A stretch of 37,563 nucleotides of DNA from a virus (taxonomy: Duplodnaviria; Caudoviricetes): positions 1 through 37,563 of IMG/VR virus record IMGVR_UViG_3300037657_000028; one strand, 5' to 3'. The first letter of the stretch is position 1, and each line of letters opens with the position of its first letter. The notes beneath the pieces were generated by a model, which was not told the DNA's origin, made no database searches, and worked only from the letters and a program-made list of their open reading frames with translations. Shown here one piece after another: positions 26,348 to 34,235 of this stretch. Made by a program: the position numbers and the translations under genes.

Positions 26348-27843
26348 CTAAACAATCCATTTTGATGTTATTACTGTTTGTTATTGCATCAACACAATGC
26401 TTTTGCGAGGTAATATTCCAATCAGGGTTCGAGGGGTATTCTGATATTGTTGAAGATGCAACTATATTGCAAGAATTTGATAGCACAACGGCTGGTCAAA
26501 GGTATCCAGCCTACGGAACAGTATTAAGTGATTATCCAATAGGGCCGTCTTCCGGTAAAACAAATGCTAATTCGTGGAATGGTCACGTTATGGGGGCAAA
26601 CAGTAAGTTAAGGGTTGTCAATGATGTAAAACATTCTGGCGACTGTAGTATGGCTGTTTTATATGCTTATCCTTCGTCCGTGACACCAACAACCGGTATT
26701 GAAAAATATTTAGGTGCTGAAGGGTACGACGAGATATATATAAAATTTTATGTTAAACTTGATGATACATATAGGTTTGGCACAGACGGGACTTTAAATT
26801 ACTGGAAGTGGATGAGAGTATGGTGTGGTACTGATTGGTCTACTTCTGGTGGCTATACTTTGTTCACGTCCGGGGCCAATGATGAATGGGGTAATAGCCA
26901 AACAAACGAGTATTGGTTCAATGACTTTATAATGACCCTACACGGTGAAGCCAGCGCAACAGACTTAGGGCGGTCCCGATTTTTTAGGGTGTATTTTAAC
27001 AGGAACTCTGATAGCAATAACGCTCCTTGGCAGTTAATAGATGAGTCTGGGCTAACTAGACTTTCCGACAACAGTTTCAGGGTGCAATTGGACAGTACAT
27101 CAACAGTGTGGACAGGAACACCAAGAATCAGAATACAAGTCAATGGTACACAAGCACAGGCCACAATTACGTCAATAACGAACAATGGGGGTGGTCAACA
27201 TGACATAGTGATCAATTCAAATGCTATCACTTCTGAAACTTTGGCAGACTTAAGGGTTGAAACATCGACAGCAAATATATACGGCCCTATGAATACCGTT
27301 GGTGACTGGAAGCCAATAACGTTCGAAAACACACAAGTTACCGGGCAGCTATCAAAACACATAGGGTATACACAATCTGACGGGTATTTCTATGACGCTC
27401 AAACGTGGCATTCTATTGAAATACATTTGAAGTTAAATACAGAAACCGTAACGGCAGCATGCCAAAATTGCATATCTTCCGACTGTTCGTCTGTATGTAG
27501 CAATAATGGAGTATTTGAGGTGTGGGTGGACGGCGATAAAGCTCCAGACCCTAAACGGTATGTTGGCGCAGGAGATATACGGAACATTGGCGCTCCGTGG
27601 ATCAATGGAGAAAGAGTCGGCGGGGGCAGCGCAGCAAAAATAAATTTTATACGTTTGTTTGATAATTCGGCTGGTATGGTTACTGGATGGGAAGATCAAA
27701 AGGTTTTTTATGTTGATGACGTTGTGATATCAACAACCAGAGTGACAGACGAAACACCACAGACAGCAACTTCCAACCGAGTAGGAGCCGGAACCGCGAA
27801 CCGGCTCCAATCAGGAACCTCAATAACAATAGGAGCAGAATGA
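26344..27843 (+). CDS. Signal-peptide-bearing beta-jelly-roll (polysaccharide lyase / ConA-like) protein
   Basis: MTKQSILMLLLFVIASTQCFC|EVIF; EIYIKFYVKL, WHSIEIHLKLNT, NGVFEVWVDG, YVDDVVIS motifs. Confidence 0.7.
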   Translation: MTKQSILMLLLFVIASTQCFCEVIFQSGFEGYSDIVEDATILQEFDSTTAGQRYPAYGTVLSDYPIGPSSGKTNANSWNGHVMGANSKLRVVNDVKHSGDCSMAVLYAYPSSVTPTTGIEKYLGAEGYDEIYIKFYVKLDDTYRFGTDGTLNYWKWMRVWCGTDWSTSGGYTLFTSGANDEWGNSQTNEYWFNDFIMTLHGEASATDLGRSRFFRVYFNRNSDSNNAPWQLIDESGLTRLSDNSFRVQLDSTSTVWTGTPRIRIQVNGTQAQATITSITNNGGGQHDIVINSNAITSETLADLRVETSTANIYGPMNTVGDWKPITFENTQVTGQLSKHIGYTQSDGYFYDAQTWHSIEIHLKLNTETVTAACQNCISSDCSSVCSNNGVFEVWVDGDKAPDPKRYVGAGDIRNIGAPWINGERVGGGSAAKINFIRLFDNSAGMVTGWEDQKVFYVDDVVISTTRVTDETPQTATSNRVGAGTANRLQSGTSITIGAE

Positions 27844-27844
27844 T

Positions 27845-28003
27845 ATGGAAGAAGTCGACATTGTGAAAATCATTGGTGCAATTGCGACACTTTACCCTCT
27901 TTTGTTGTACGTTCTCCCACCGAAATGGGCGCAAACGCTTCACCCTATAGGTAAAATTCTTAATGCAATAGCCAACACGCCAGGGGGGTTAAGGTACAAA
28001 TGA
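27845..28003 (+). CDS. 52-aa holin-like membrane protein (not in ORF track)
   Basis: MEEVDIVKIIGAIATLYPLLLYVLPPKWAQTLHPIGKILNAIANTPGGLRYK; ATGA-coupled to next gene. Confidence 0.6.
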   Translation: MEEVDIVKIIGAIATLYPLLLYVLPPKWAQTLHPIGKILNAIANTPGGLRYK

Positions 28004-28317
28004 TTGATAAAACGTGGTTTGACATTGTTGTAATGGGGCTTGGTGGTGTCGGTATCTTTGCCGTTTTGAGATCAAAGGTCGACACTCACCACAAGGTTCT
28101 TTTTGGCGATCATGGAGAGCTAATGTTCACGACCAAGGGCGATTGCAAGGACAAACACGCAGAAGATTTGGCGCACTTGTGCCGTAAAATCACCGCGCTT
28201 GAGACCCAGATATCAGTTTACCAGACCGCAGTTAACGCCAACACAGAGATGATGTCAAAGATCTTGAATAGGATCATGGAGACGAACGGGAATAGGGCCT
28301 ATGATCCTAAACAATAG
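28000..28317 (+). CDS. Membrane-anchored coiled-coil protein, holin-like
   Basis: One N-terminal hydrophobic helix plus heptad C-terminus; last gene of the late operon. Confidence 0.6.
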   Translation: MIDKTWFDIVVMGLGGVGIFAVLRSKVDTHHKVLFGDHGELMFTTKGDCKDKHAEDLAHLCRKITALETQISVYQTAVNANTEMMSKILNRIMETNGNRAYDPKQ

Positions 28318-28334
28318 TGCGCGACATGGTTTAT

Positions 28335-28604
28335 TTATCGCCCCAATAATAGGCATCTTGGTGATGAATGGCAAAACATAAATGGCCTTAACTTTGTAAT
28401 TTGGAAGCTATACCATACTTTCCCATGCACAAAATGGGCGCAATCGCTTGAGCAAATGCCTTTTTGTATTGGGCAATATTTAGATAGCATTGTTTGTGTT
28501 TCTTTTTCTAAATTTGCTTTTGATGCTTCAATAATCCTTGTTCTTTCCCGATCACACATTTTATCTGCTTCGGTTTTATCTCTTTTCTTCCAGAATTTCC
28601 ACAT
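28335..28604 (-). CDS. Cys-rich hypothetical protein
   Basis: CPIQKGICSSDCAHF; AGGAG RBS. Confidence 0.7.
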   Translation of the reverse strand: MWKFWKKRDKTEADKMCDRERTRIIEASKANLEKETQTMLSKYCPIQKGICSSDCAHFVHGKVWYSFQITKLRPFMFCHSSPRCLLLGR

Positions 28605-28625
28605 ACAATACTCCTACAATATTAG

Positions 28626-28853
28626 TTAATTATCGCCGTTCCTCTTAAATATATCTTTCTGTTCGGCGTTCCATTCAATCAATAATTGTATTGCGAAAAA
28701 GGGGATTAATAAAATTACAATAGGCCATAGCACCATGCATAAAAAATATAGAAAATCCGTTGCTTCTTTTCCTGGGGCCTTATACATCAACATGGCAATG
28801 TACAGGCCAACCAAAAAATATAAAGGCACCAACAAATAACCATTAATCAACAT
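28626..28853 (-). CDS. Two-TM membrane protein
   Basis: Two hydrophobic segments with LWP motif. Confidence 0.7.
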   Translation of the reverse strand: MLINGYLLVPLYFLVGLYIAMLMYKAPGKEATDFLYFLCMVLWPIVILLIPFFAIQLLIEWNAEQKDIFKRNGDN

Positions 28854-29020
28854 ATTAATTCCCCTTTAGCCCTTTTACATTTAGAGCACTTCTTGTTTTC
28901 GTCGATCGGTTCAAAGAAAATTTTACAATATCCTTTATCATTTAAATACCGGCATTTCCTATTCAATTCGTTGTAGCAATACTCTCCATCTGGCACGATG
29001 ATTTTAACGGTCATAAACAT
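28847..29020 (-). CDS. 57-aa Cys-rich protein (not in ORF track)
   Basis: MFMTVKIIVPDGEYCYNELNRKCRYLNDKGYCKIFFEPIDENKKCSKCKRAKGELIC; AAAGGAG RBS. Confidence 0.7.
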   Translation of the reverse strand: MFMTVKIIVPDGEYCYNELNRKCRYLNDKGYCKIFFEPIDENKKCSKCKRAKGELIC

Positions 29021-29041
29021 TTTGTCTCTCCTTTCTATGAA

Positions 29042-29410
29042 TTACTTGTCTGGATCACTCAAATCTTCAAAATTATCGTATTCGTTCAGAACACTTGTTG
29101 TATCCCGGTATCCAACAAGTTTTTGAAGCTTTGCATACGCTAACCGCCAAGTTTGGTAAGCGTAAAAACCGCAACCATATTTATGGTCGACTTCAAACAT
29201 TTCTAACGCAGCCTTGACAATTTTATCGTTGTTCACCTTGCTAACGATCCACTCCAAAATTTCACGTTGCCTATCCAAAAGGGGGTCTCCTCTCATTGCT
29301 CCCATAGCGAATACGAGATCCGTTTCCATATCGTCATCTCCACATGAAAGTGAAAGGCTACCGTCTCTGTCTTCATTTATTTCAATGATAATTTTATCTA
29401 TATCATTCAT
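29042..29410 (-). CDS. Hypothetical protein
   Basis: ATGA-coupled start MNDIDK. Confidence 0.65.
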   Translation of the reverse strand: MNDIDKIIIEINEDRDGSLSLSCGDDDMETDLVFAMGAMRGDPLLDRQREILEWIVSKVNNDKIVKAALEMFEVDHKYGCGFYAYQTWRLAYAKLQKLVGYRDTTSVLNEYDNFEDLSDPDK

Positions 29411-29907
29411 GTTTTTATCCACCCAAATTCCTTGTTGATATAGTTTATGACAGCAGTATTCAGTGTCGCGGCGATGCAAGTTCCGGCAACGTGACATCGA
29501 AACCGCATTCTTTGGTCTTTTATCGAAAGATTAAAATAGCCACATTGCCCGCACTCTTCACCGATCCTAAGCGCATGCACTATTTGCTCAAAACGCCCAT
29601 CGTCTATTTCGCATAGTCTTGAAATAAGAGAATTTATTTTAGTTGGTTTATTTATATAATAATCTTCAATTACAAGTAAATTGTAATCTCCACGAACCTT
29701 CATTGAATCCATTGTAACTTTACCAACGAAATCGCCAGGCCATTTTTTGCCTATATCAAATATTAACATCCCATAACCGCTACCGGTTAACTCAGCATTA
29801 CTACACACTTCTTTTATTTGTGCAATTACTTTTTCACGGTTGAAATCTTTGTAATTCCAATTTAATTCATCGAATATGAAAATTTCGTAACATTCACCCA
29901 TTATCAT
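29407..29907 (-). CDS. Hypothetical protein with C-terminal Cys cluster
   Basis: GGAGG RBS; CGQCGYF...CHVAGTC. Confidence 0.7.
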   Translation of the reverse strand: MIMGECYEIFIFDELNWNYKDFNREKVIAQIKEVCSNAELTGSGYGMLIFDIGKKWPGDFVGKVTMDSMKVRGDYNLLVIEDYYINKPTKINSLISRLCEIDDGRFEQIVHALRIGEECGQCGYFNLSIKDQRMRFRCHVAGTCIAATLNTAVINYINKEFGWIKT

Positions 29908-30337
29908 GTATCCTCCGTACTCTATCTATATCAACGCTATGTTTCGGTATAAGCCCCTCAGCAACCATACGTTCTATAATTCTTGGATCGTATGTATATA
30001 AAAATGGATTGTCCCTGTAGTATTTATATTCCAAGCTATGTGTACCATAGTCGCTATTATAACGGTAATGTTTGTCGCTGAACCGTATCAAAAAATCTTG
30101 CGACTGAGCGTAATATACTTCATCCGTTAATGGCGTTTCACCTATTGGACTATATGCTTGACCTCCGCCCCATAAGTTAAGGATTGGTTTCCCATCGAGC
30201 TCCCTGTGTTCAACATAAAGTTCCTCTCCCTCAAGATCAAGTTCGCCTATTCGAATAGGATAATCAGTTGGATAATCCCACAGAACATCTATTAAATCAC
30301 CAACGGTTTTTATAGTGTGCCTCATGTTATTCTCCAA
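29894..30337 (-). CDS. Hypothetical protein
   Basis: TVGDLIDVLWDYPTD N-terminal motif; start may be a few codons downstream. Confidence 0.7.
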   Translation of the reverse strand: MENNMRHTIKTVGDLIDVLWDYPTDYPIRIGELDLEGEELYVEHRELDGKPILNLWGGGQAYSPIGETPLTDEVYYAQSQDFLIRFSDKHYRYNSDYGTHSLEYKYYRDNPFLYTYDPRIIERMVAEGLIPKHSVDIDRVRRIHDNG

Positions 30338-30779
30338 AATATTCGTTAAATCTACTCGTTAAACCCAGACCAGAAGCATATTCATCCTCCCTCTTCATCT
30401 TCGGGTCAAAATAATTAGACAATTTCTGCATTGATGATTGAACGTTTTCCAGCGCCTCCCTTCTCTCTTTGTCCTTAATGTGGATAATGATATCGTTCAA
30501 GATTCCTATAACATATGAGCAATATTCACAAACCGATATCGGCTTGTCGTTATCAACGAAGATGAACCCTTCATATATCTTCTGGATATCTTTTTCGCTG
30601 ATGTTGACATGCCGGTACAGATCCAGCGCTTTTGACGAGCGCTTTGTTATGGATTCTACAACCTGGTTGACGCTATAAGGCCGGTTCTTGTAACATTTAT
30701 CCAAGAATAACTTTGTGGCGTTTGCGATGGCCAGGGCCGAAATAACTTTTTTTGATGGTTGCATGTTTGCTCCTAACAA
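30327..30779 (-). CDS. Hypothetical helical protein
   Basis: Long ORF in operon; likely start MQPSKK after AGGAG. Confidence 0.7.
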   Translation of the reverse strand: MLGANMQPSKKVISALAIANATKLFLDKCYKNRPYSVNQVVESITKRSSKALDLYRHVNISEKDIQKIYEGFIFVDNDKPISVCEYCSYVIGILNDIIIHIKDKERREALENVQSSMQKLSNYFDPKMKREDEYASGLGLTSRFNEYFGE

Positions 30780-30783
30780 CTCG

Positions 30784-31041
30784 TTACGAACTTTTCAGAT
30801 ATCCAGCTATCTGTTCAATATCAAAAGGAGGTGTCTCCGTATGCTCATGGTAAAATAAGAACGCTCTTAAAACGAGTTCTTCAGCCTGCTTTATAACTTC
30901 CGTTGTTGGCCGCTTGTTCCAAGTAGTCAACGTCCAAGATGGATTACCATCTAACTTAGCTATAAACGCGAACTCTTTTCTGCCTTTGGCATAGCCATTA
31001 GGCCTTTCAACAACATCAAATTTTATTTTTCTTTGTGCCAT
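30784..31041 (-). CDS. Hypothetical protein
   Basis: Abuts the upstream stop codon. Confidence 0.65.
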   Translation of the reverse strand: MAQRKIKFDVVERPNGYAKGRKEFAFIAKLDGNPSWTLTTWNKRPTTEVIKQAEELVLRAFLFYHEHTETPPFDIEQIAGYLKSS

Positions 31042-31224
31042 TTAAGACCCCCATCCGGACACAATAAGATATACCCCTATCGTTATAGCTGAAACGGTTA
31101 ATGTGGTTAGTGCTAATATATATAAAGTCATTGGCCCACCACAAGTCAAAATTGTATCGACAGTAAACACAATACATGGGATTAAAACTAATATAACTCC
31201 TATTATTTTCTTAACGTTTAGCAT
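31042..31224 (-). CDS. Two-TM membrane protein
   Basis: AAAGGA RBS; MLNVKKIIGVILVLIPCIVF. Confidence 0.65.
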   Translation of the reverse strand: MLNVKKIIGVILVLIPCIVFTVDTILTCGGPMTLYILALTTLTVSAITIGVYLIVSGWGS

Positions 31225-31388
31225 AACATATTCCTTTTTTGTTACCCCACTAATAGCGATTGGCCTTTTACTATTAGTGGGGTATGAGCTTTTCACCGCC
31301 GGAAGCTGATGTCAACCGGCTACTTTCGATGTTTGCAACCCACATTACAAATATAATTGGGTCATGTTCATTACATGGCGTACCTCCT

Positions 31389-31598
31389 TTATATTTTTTC
31401 TAAATCTTCTGGTTTCAGACCAAAAACAAAATTGTCAATTGTATCTACAGCTACTGTCCCGTCTTCATAATATGCAAACAAAATACACCTTTTACCTGTT
31501 TTTTTAATTCTGTATTCGAACCAAGGTTTTAATTTATGTGCAACCTGTTTAACTAAATCAGGTTTATCTTTGAGCCATTCTTCAAATTGATGTTCCAT
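31389..31598 (-). CDS. Hypothetical protein
   Basis: AAGGGG RBS; VFGLKPEDLE C-terminus. Confidence 0.7.
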   Translation of the reverse strand: MEHQFEEWLKDKPDLVKQVAHKLKPWFEYRIKKTGKRCILFAYYEDGTVAVDTIDNFVFGLKPEDLEKI

Positions 31599-31645
31599 TA
31601 CAACCCCTTTTAAACATTAATTAATAATACTTATATTATCGAGTT

Positions 31646-31888
31646 TTATAATTTTCTGAACTTATTAAGACAAGCTGGACAATATATCATCTCTATGTCA
31701 TAGGCGTAATCTTCTAAACAATACCCAACAAGTTTCCCGCAACTTTCGCACGGTGCTTGATGGACAATATTTGGGTATTTGCATGAGCATGAGTGAACTA
31801 CGCCAAGTGTAGACCGCATAAAATGTTTTCCGCATGTTAAACACATGTCGGGCTCATATCCATTGTCTAAAAAATCTCTATTGGTCAT
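31646..31888 (-). CDS. Cys-rich zinc-binding protein
   Basis: CLTC, CSC, CESC and CPAC motifs. Confidence 0.7.
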   Translation of the reverse strand: MTNRDFLDNGYEPDMCLTCGKHFMRSTLGVVHSCSCKYPNIVHQAPCESCGKLVGYCLEDYAYDIEMIYCPACLNKFRKL

Positions 31889-32151
31889 TCTATTAATCCA
31901 AACTCGTCAAAAATGTTAGTCTCAGCATGCGACCAGCAAAAAACACAGAATTTTCTATTGCCTTCTTTTTTTTCGTACTTTCCGCACCTTTCGCACATGG
32001 GCCTTGGATCACGTTTCTTCTTTGGCCCCTTCCTGTTGATTACACCAAGTTCCGCCATGACTTTATACTCGGTTATTCCAAGAGCCTTGGCAATCTTGGC
32101 GTATGACATCTTTTGTACCAACAATTCTTGGATTTTTTCAATCAACGCCAT
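31885..32151 (-). CDS. HTH plus zinc-finger putative regulator
   Basis: MSYAKIAKALGITEYKV HTH; CERC...CVFC. Confidence 0.65.
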   Translation of the reverse strand: MALIEKIQELLVQKMSYAKIAKALGITEYKVMAELGVINRKGPKKKRDPRPMCERCGKYEKKEGNRKFCVFCWSHAETNIFDEFGLIE

Positions 32152-32308
32152 AATCCTTGTCATATAGACCGTTAATCCATGCTCTAACGATAGCCCTTGT
32201 AGATAGTGGGGCTTTCTTCTCCGCCAAAAAATTATCAAGCTCGTCTGCTAATTTTTTTAATGGCTCCCTGTTAGTTTTTTTAAATTTTGTTAATTCTTGT
32301 TTCGTCAC
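32138..32308 (-). CDS. 56-aa hypothetical protein (not in ORF track)
   Basis: GTG start after AGGAGG; MTKQELTKFKKTNREPLKKLADELDNFLAEKKAPLSTRAIVRAWINGLYDKDYGVD. Confidence 0.65.
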   Translation of the reverse strand: MTKQELTKFKKTNREPLKKLADELDNFLAEKKAPLSTRAIVRAWINGLYDKDYGVD

Positions 32309-32362
32309 ATTTTGGTGCCTCCTAATATTTGATATGGAAATTTTCGATTTAATGTTGAAACC

Positions 32363-32426
32363 ATCATACTTTTTTTTTCGTGTATGTCAAGAAAAATCTT
32401 GCAAAAAAAATAAAACAGGGTAAAAT
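32363..32426. promoter_or_regulatory. Back-to-back divergent sigma-70 promoters
   Basis: Minus strand TTGACA(32390-32385)-N16-TATGAT; plus strand TTGCAA(32399-32404)-N16-TAAAAT; at the strand switch. Confidence 0.7.
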
Positions 32427-32457
32427 CATGGAAAATCAAATGGGAGGAGGTGAAAGT

Positions 32458-32634
32458 TTGAACGATAAATTATGGAAGATAAAAGAGTTGGCGGATTATC
32501 TAATGGTGTCTGAAAAATGGGTTGAAAACAAGATCCATGACGGCAAAATAACGGCGATCCATCTTGACGGTATCAGGAGGATTGCCCAGGATGAAGTTGA
32601 CAGGATATCAAAAAACGGTTTTTTGAAAGGATAA
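32458..32634 (+). CDS. Excisionase-like HTH DNA-binding protein
   Basis: LWKIKELADYLMVSEKWV...GKITAI...RRI; GGAGGTG RBS before TTG. Confidence 0.75.
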   Translation: MNDKLWKIKELADYLMVSEKWVENKIHDGKITAIHLDGIRRIAQDEVDRISKNGFLKG

Positions 32635-32638
32635 ATAA

Positions 32639-32980
32639 ATGGATATGAAGAAGTTAAAATTTTTATATATCACTGATAGATTTGGGAATACAGAGAGGTT
32701 GCCTATTACGAAAGTGACTGACAAATCATTTATGGTAGGATCAACAAGAGTCCCTATCAAAGAGTTACAAGAAAAAGGTGAATGGTATCATGCAAAGCAT
32801 GGTAGGTGGACTGTGGGCGCAATGTATTATTTACCAACAAAAGAACTTGAAGCAAAATTTAAAATGCAATGCAAATTTTCATATGTAAAACAATTTTTAA
32901 ACAAATTTGGGCCTAAGGAATTATACGAAAACCACAAAGACATATTCGAATTAATTTTAACCAAAATAAACAAAGGATAA
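32639..32980 (+). CDS. Hypothetical protein, paralog of 32985-33338
   Basis: DR....LPxxKVTxKS..VG..RxPxKEL...YYLP...KFKxQCxFxY...LYExHxDI..LIL. Confidence 0.8.
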   Translation: MDMKKLKFLYITDRFGNTERLPITKVTDKSFMVGSTRVPIKELQEKGEWYHAKHGRWTVGAMYYLPTKELEAKFKMQCKFSYVKQFLNKFGPKELYENHKDIFELILTKINKG

Positions 32981-32984
32981 CAAA

Positions 32985-33338
32985 ATGATACTTGAAAATT
33001 TACAGTTTGTTTATACGGTCGATCGGTATGATTATGTACGGAAATTGCCAGTCAAGAAAGTTACTGAAAAATCGGTGATTGTCGGATTAGATAGGATACC
33101 AAAAAAGGAGCTTGAAAAAGGGTCATGGTTAAAAAAATCAACCGATAATATGCAGGATGGTAGGATTTATTATTTACCGAATTCAATACTTGCAAAGAAG
33201 TTTAAGGCACAATGCCAATTCGAATATATTCAAATGTTTATAAATAGATGTGAAGCCAAAAAACTGTATGAGCAGCATCCTGATATATATCGATTAATTT
33301 TATCCAAACTACCGAAAGGAGAGCAAGATGGAAGATAA
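32985..33338 (+). CDS. Hypothetical protein, paralog of 32639-32980
   Basis: Same motifs. Confidence 0.8.
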   Translation: MILENLQFVYTVDRYDYVRKLPVKKVTEKSVIVGLDRIPKKELEKGSWLKKSTDNMQDGRIYYLPNSILAKKFKAQCQFEYIQMFINRCEAKKLYEQHPDIYRLILSKLPKGEQDGR

Positions 33339-33558
33339 GTGGGCAACGATGGACAATGACAAATTGATGATGTTGGCGGCGCTTGAAACATTGCACGGAG
33401 ATAAGGATTGTTGCTGGACATGCACCAGATCAAATAGGAATTGCATCCATCGTGTCAAAAATAGGATGCATATTCTGTGCAATGTCCATTGTGCTTGGCC
33501 GGAAGTTGGTTTTGGCCACGGATGTCAAGATTTTTTTAGGAGGTTTCGAAATGATTAA
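33328..33558 (+). CDS. Cys-rich hypothetical protein
   Basis: CCWTC...C...C..F; AGGAG RBS. Confidence 0.65.
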   Translation: MEDKWATMDNDKLMMLAALETLHGDKDCCWTCTRSNRNCIHRVKNRMHILCNVHCAWPEVGFGHGCQDFFRRFRND

Positions 33559-33883
33559 ACAATATGGAGACGGTGTAATTTTTAATAATGGGACTCAGTT
33601 CGGGGATGAGACTCAGTTCGGGAATGGGACTCAGTTCGGGAATCGGACTCGGTTCGGGAATGAGGCTTGGTTCGGGAATGATTGCTCATTTGAAAGGCTT
33701 AAATTTAATAAACAAGAACGTCAATATTATATTAGGATTGACAATATAGGATCAAGATGTGGTGAAACATACTTTTTTAATTCAATAAACGGAATTTATG
33801 TAAGATCGGGATGTTTTTTTGGGAGTGAAAATGATTTTCTGGAGCAAGTAAAAAAACACACTGCAACAATATCCACTCAATAG
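33551..33883 (+). CDS. Hexapeptide-repeat protein, probably frameshifted (extends to 33951 in the -1 frame)
   Basis: (NGTQFG)n repeats then IGSR...TYFF...YVRSGCFFG; AGGAGGT RBS. Confidence 0.7.
   Translation: MIKQYGDGVIFNNGTQFGDETQFGNGTQFGNRTRFGNEAWFGNDCSFERLKFNKQERQYYIRIDNIGSRCGETYFFNSINGIYVRSGCFFGSENDFLEQVKKHTATISTQ
33587..33676 (+). repeat. Five 18-bp tandem repeats
   Basis: Consensus AATGGGACTCAGTTCGGG, in-frame. Confidence 0.9.
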
Positions 33884-33943
33884 AATACATTACCGCTCTT
33901 GATTATGTTAAGAATATTTTTAAAAAAAGGATGGATGCTTACA

Positions 33944-34048
33944 ATGAATGATTTCTTATTATCCCTGTTTGGCGGGTGTGTAATGCTCGTCATTTTCTTT
34001 TTATTCCTCAATGTTATAAACATTTTATTCCAAGGTTATTCACAATGA
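33944..34048 (+). CDS. 34-aa membrane peptide (not in ORF track)
   Basis: MNDFLLSLFGGCVMLVIFFLFLNVINILFQGYSQ; ATGA-coupled to next gene. Confidence 0.55.
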   Translation: MNDFLLSLFGGCVMLVIFFLFLNVINILFQGYSQ

Positions 34049-34182
34049 TTAAAATAATCCAATGGGTTGGTAGCATTGTTGCTGCATATGTGTCTTGCTC
34101 AATTGGGAACAACATTTTCTATGTTTTGGCACATGCGGCGTTAGGGTGGTTATATTGCATCTATTTTTTATGCAAACATTAA
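34045..34182 (+). CDS. Small two-TM membrane protein
   Basis: GSIVAAYVS...AHAALGWLYCIY. Confidence 0.65.
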   Translation: MIKIIQWVGSIVAAYVSCSIGNNIFYVLAHAALGWLYCIYFLCKH

Positions 34183-34235
34183 ATCGTATTCGAGCCGTCA
34201 AGTATTACTTGATAACTGAAAAATGGAGATGAAAA

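Noticed and set aside
22624-27843. Diversity-generating retroelement or invertible tail cassette
   Set aside because: No reverse transcriptase, template/variable repeat pair or invertase was seen.
28991-29006. TGGCACG as a sigma-54 -24 element
   Set aside because: No -12 TTGC at the required spacing, and it lies inside a gene.
33587-33676. CRISPR-like array
   Set aside because: Contiguous in-frame 18-bp coding repeats with no spacers and no cas genes.
34198-34212. Palindrome TCAAGTA-T-TACTTGA
   Set aside because: Single short AT-rich occurrence with no supporting context.
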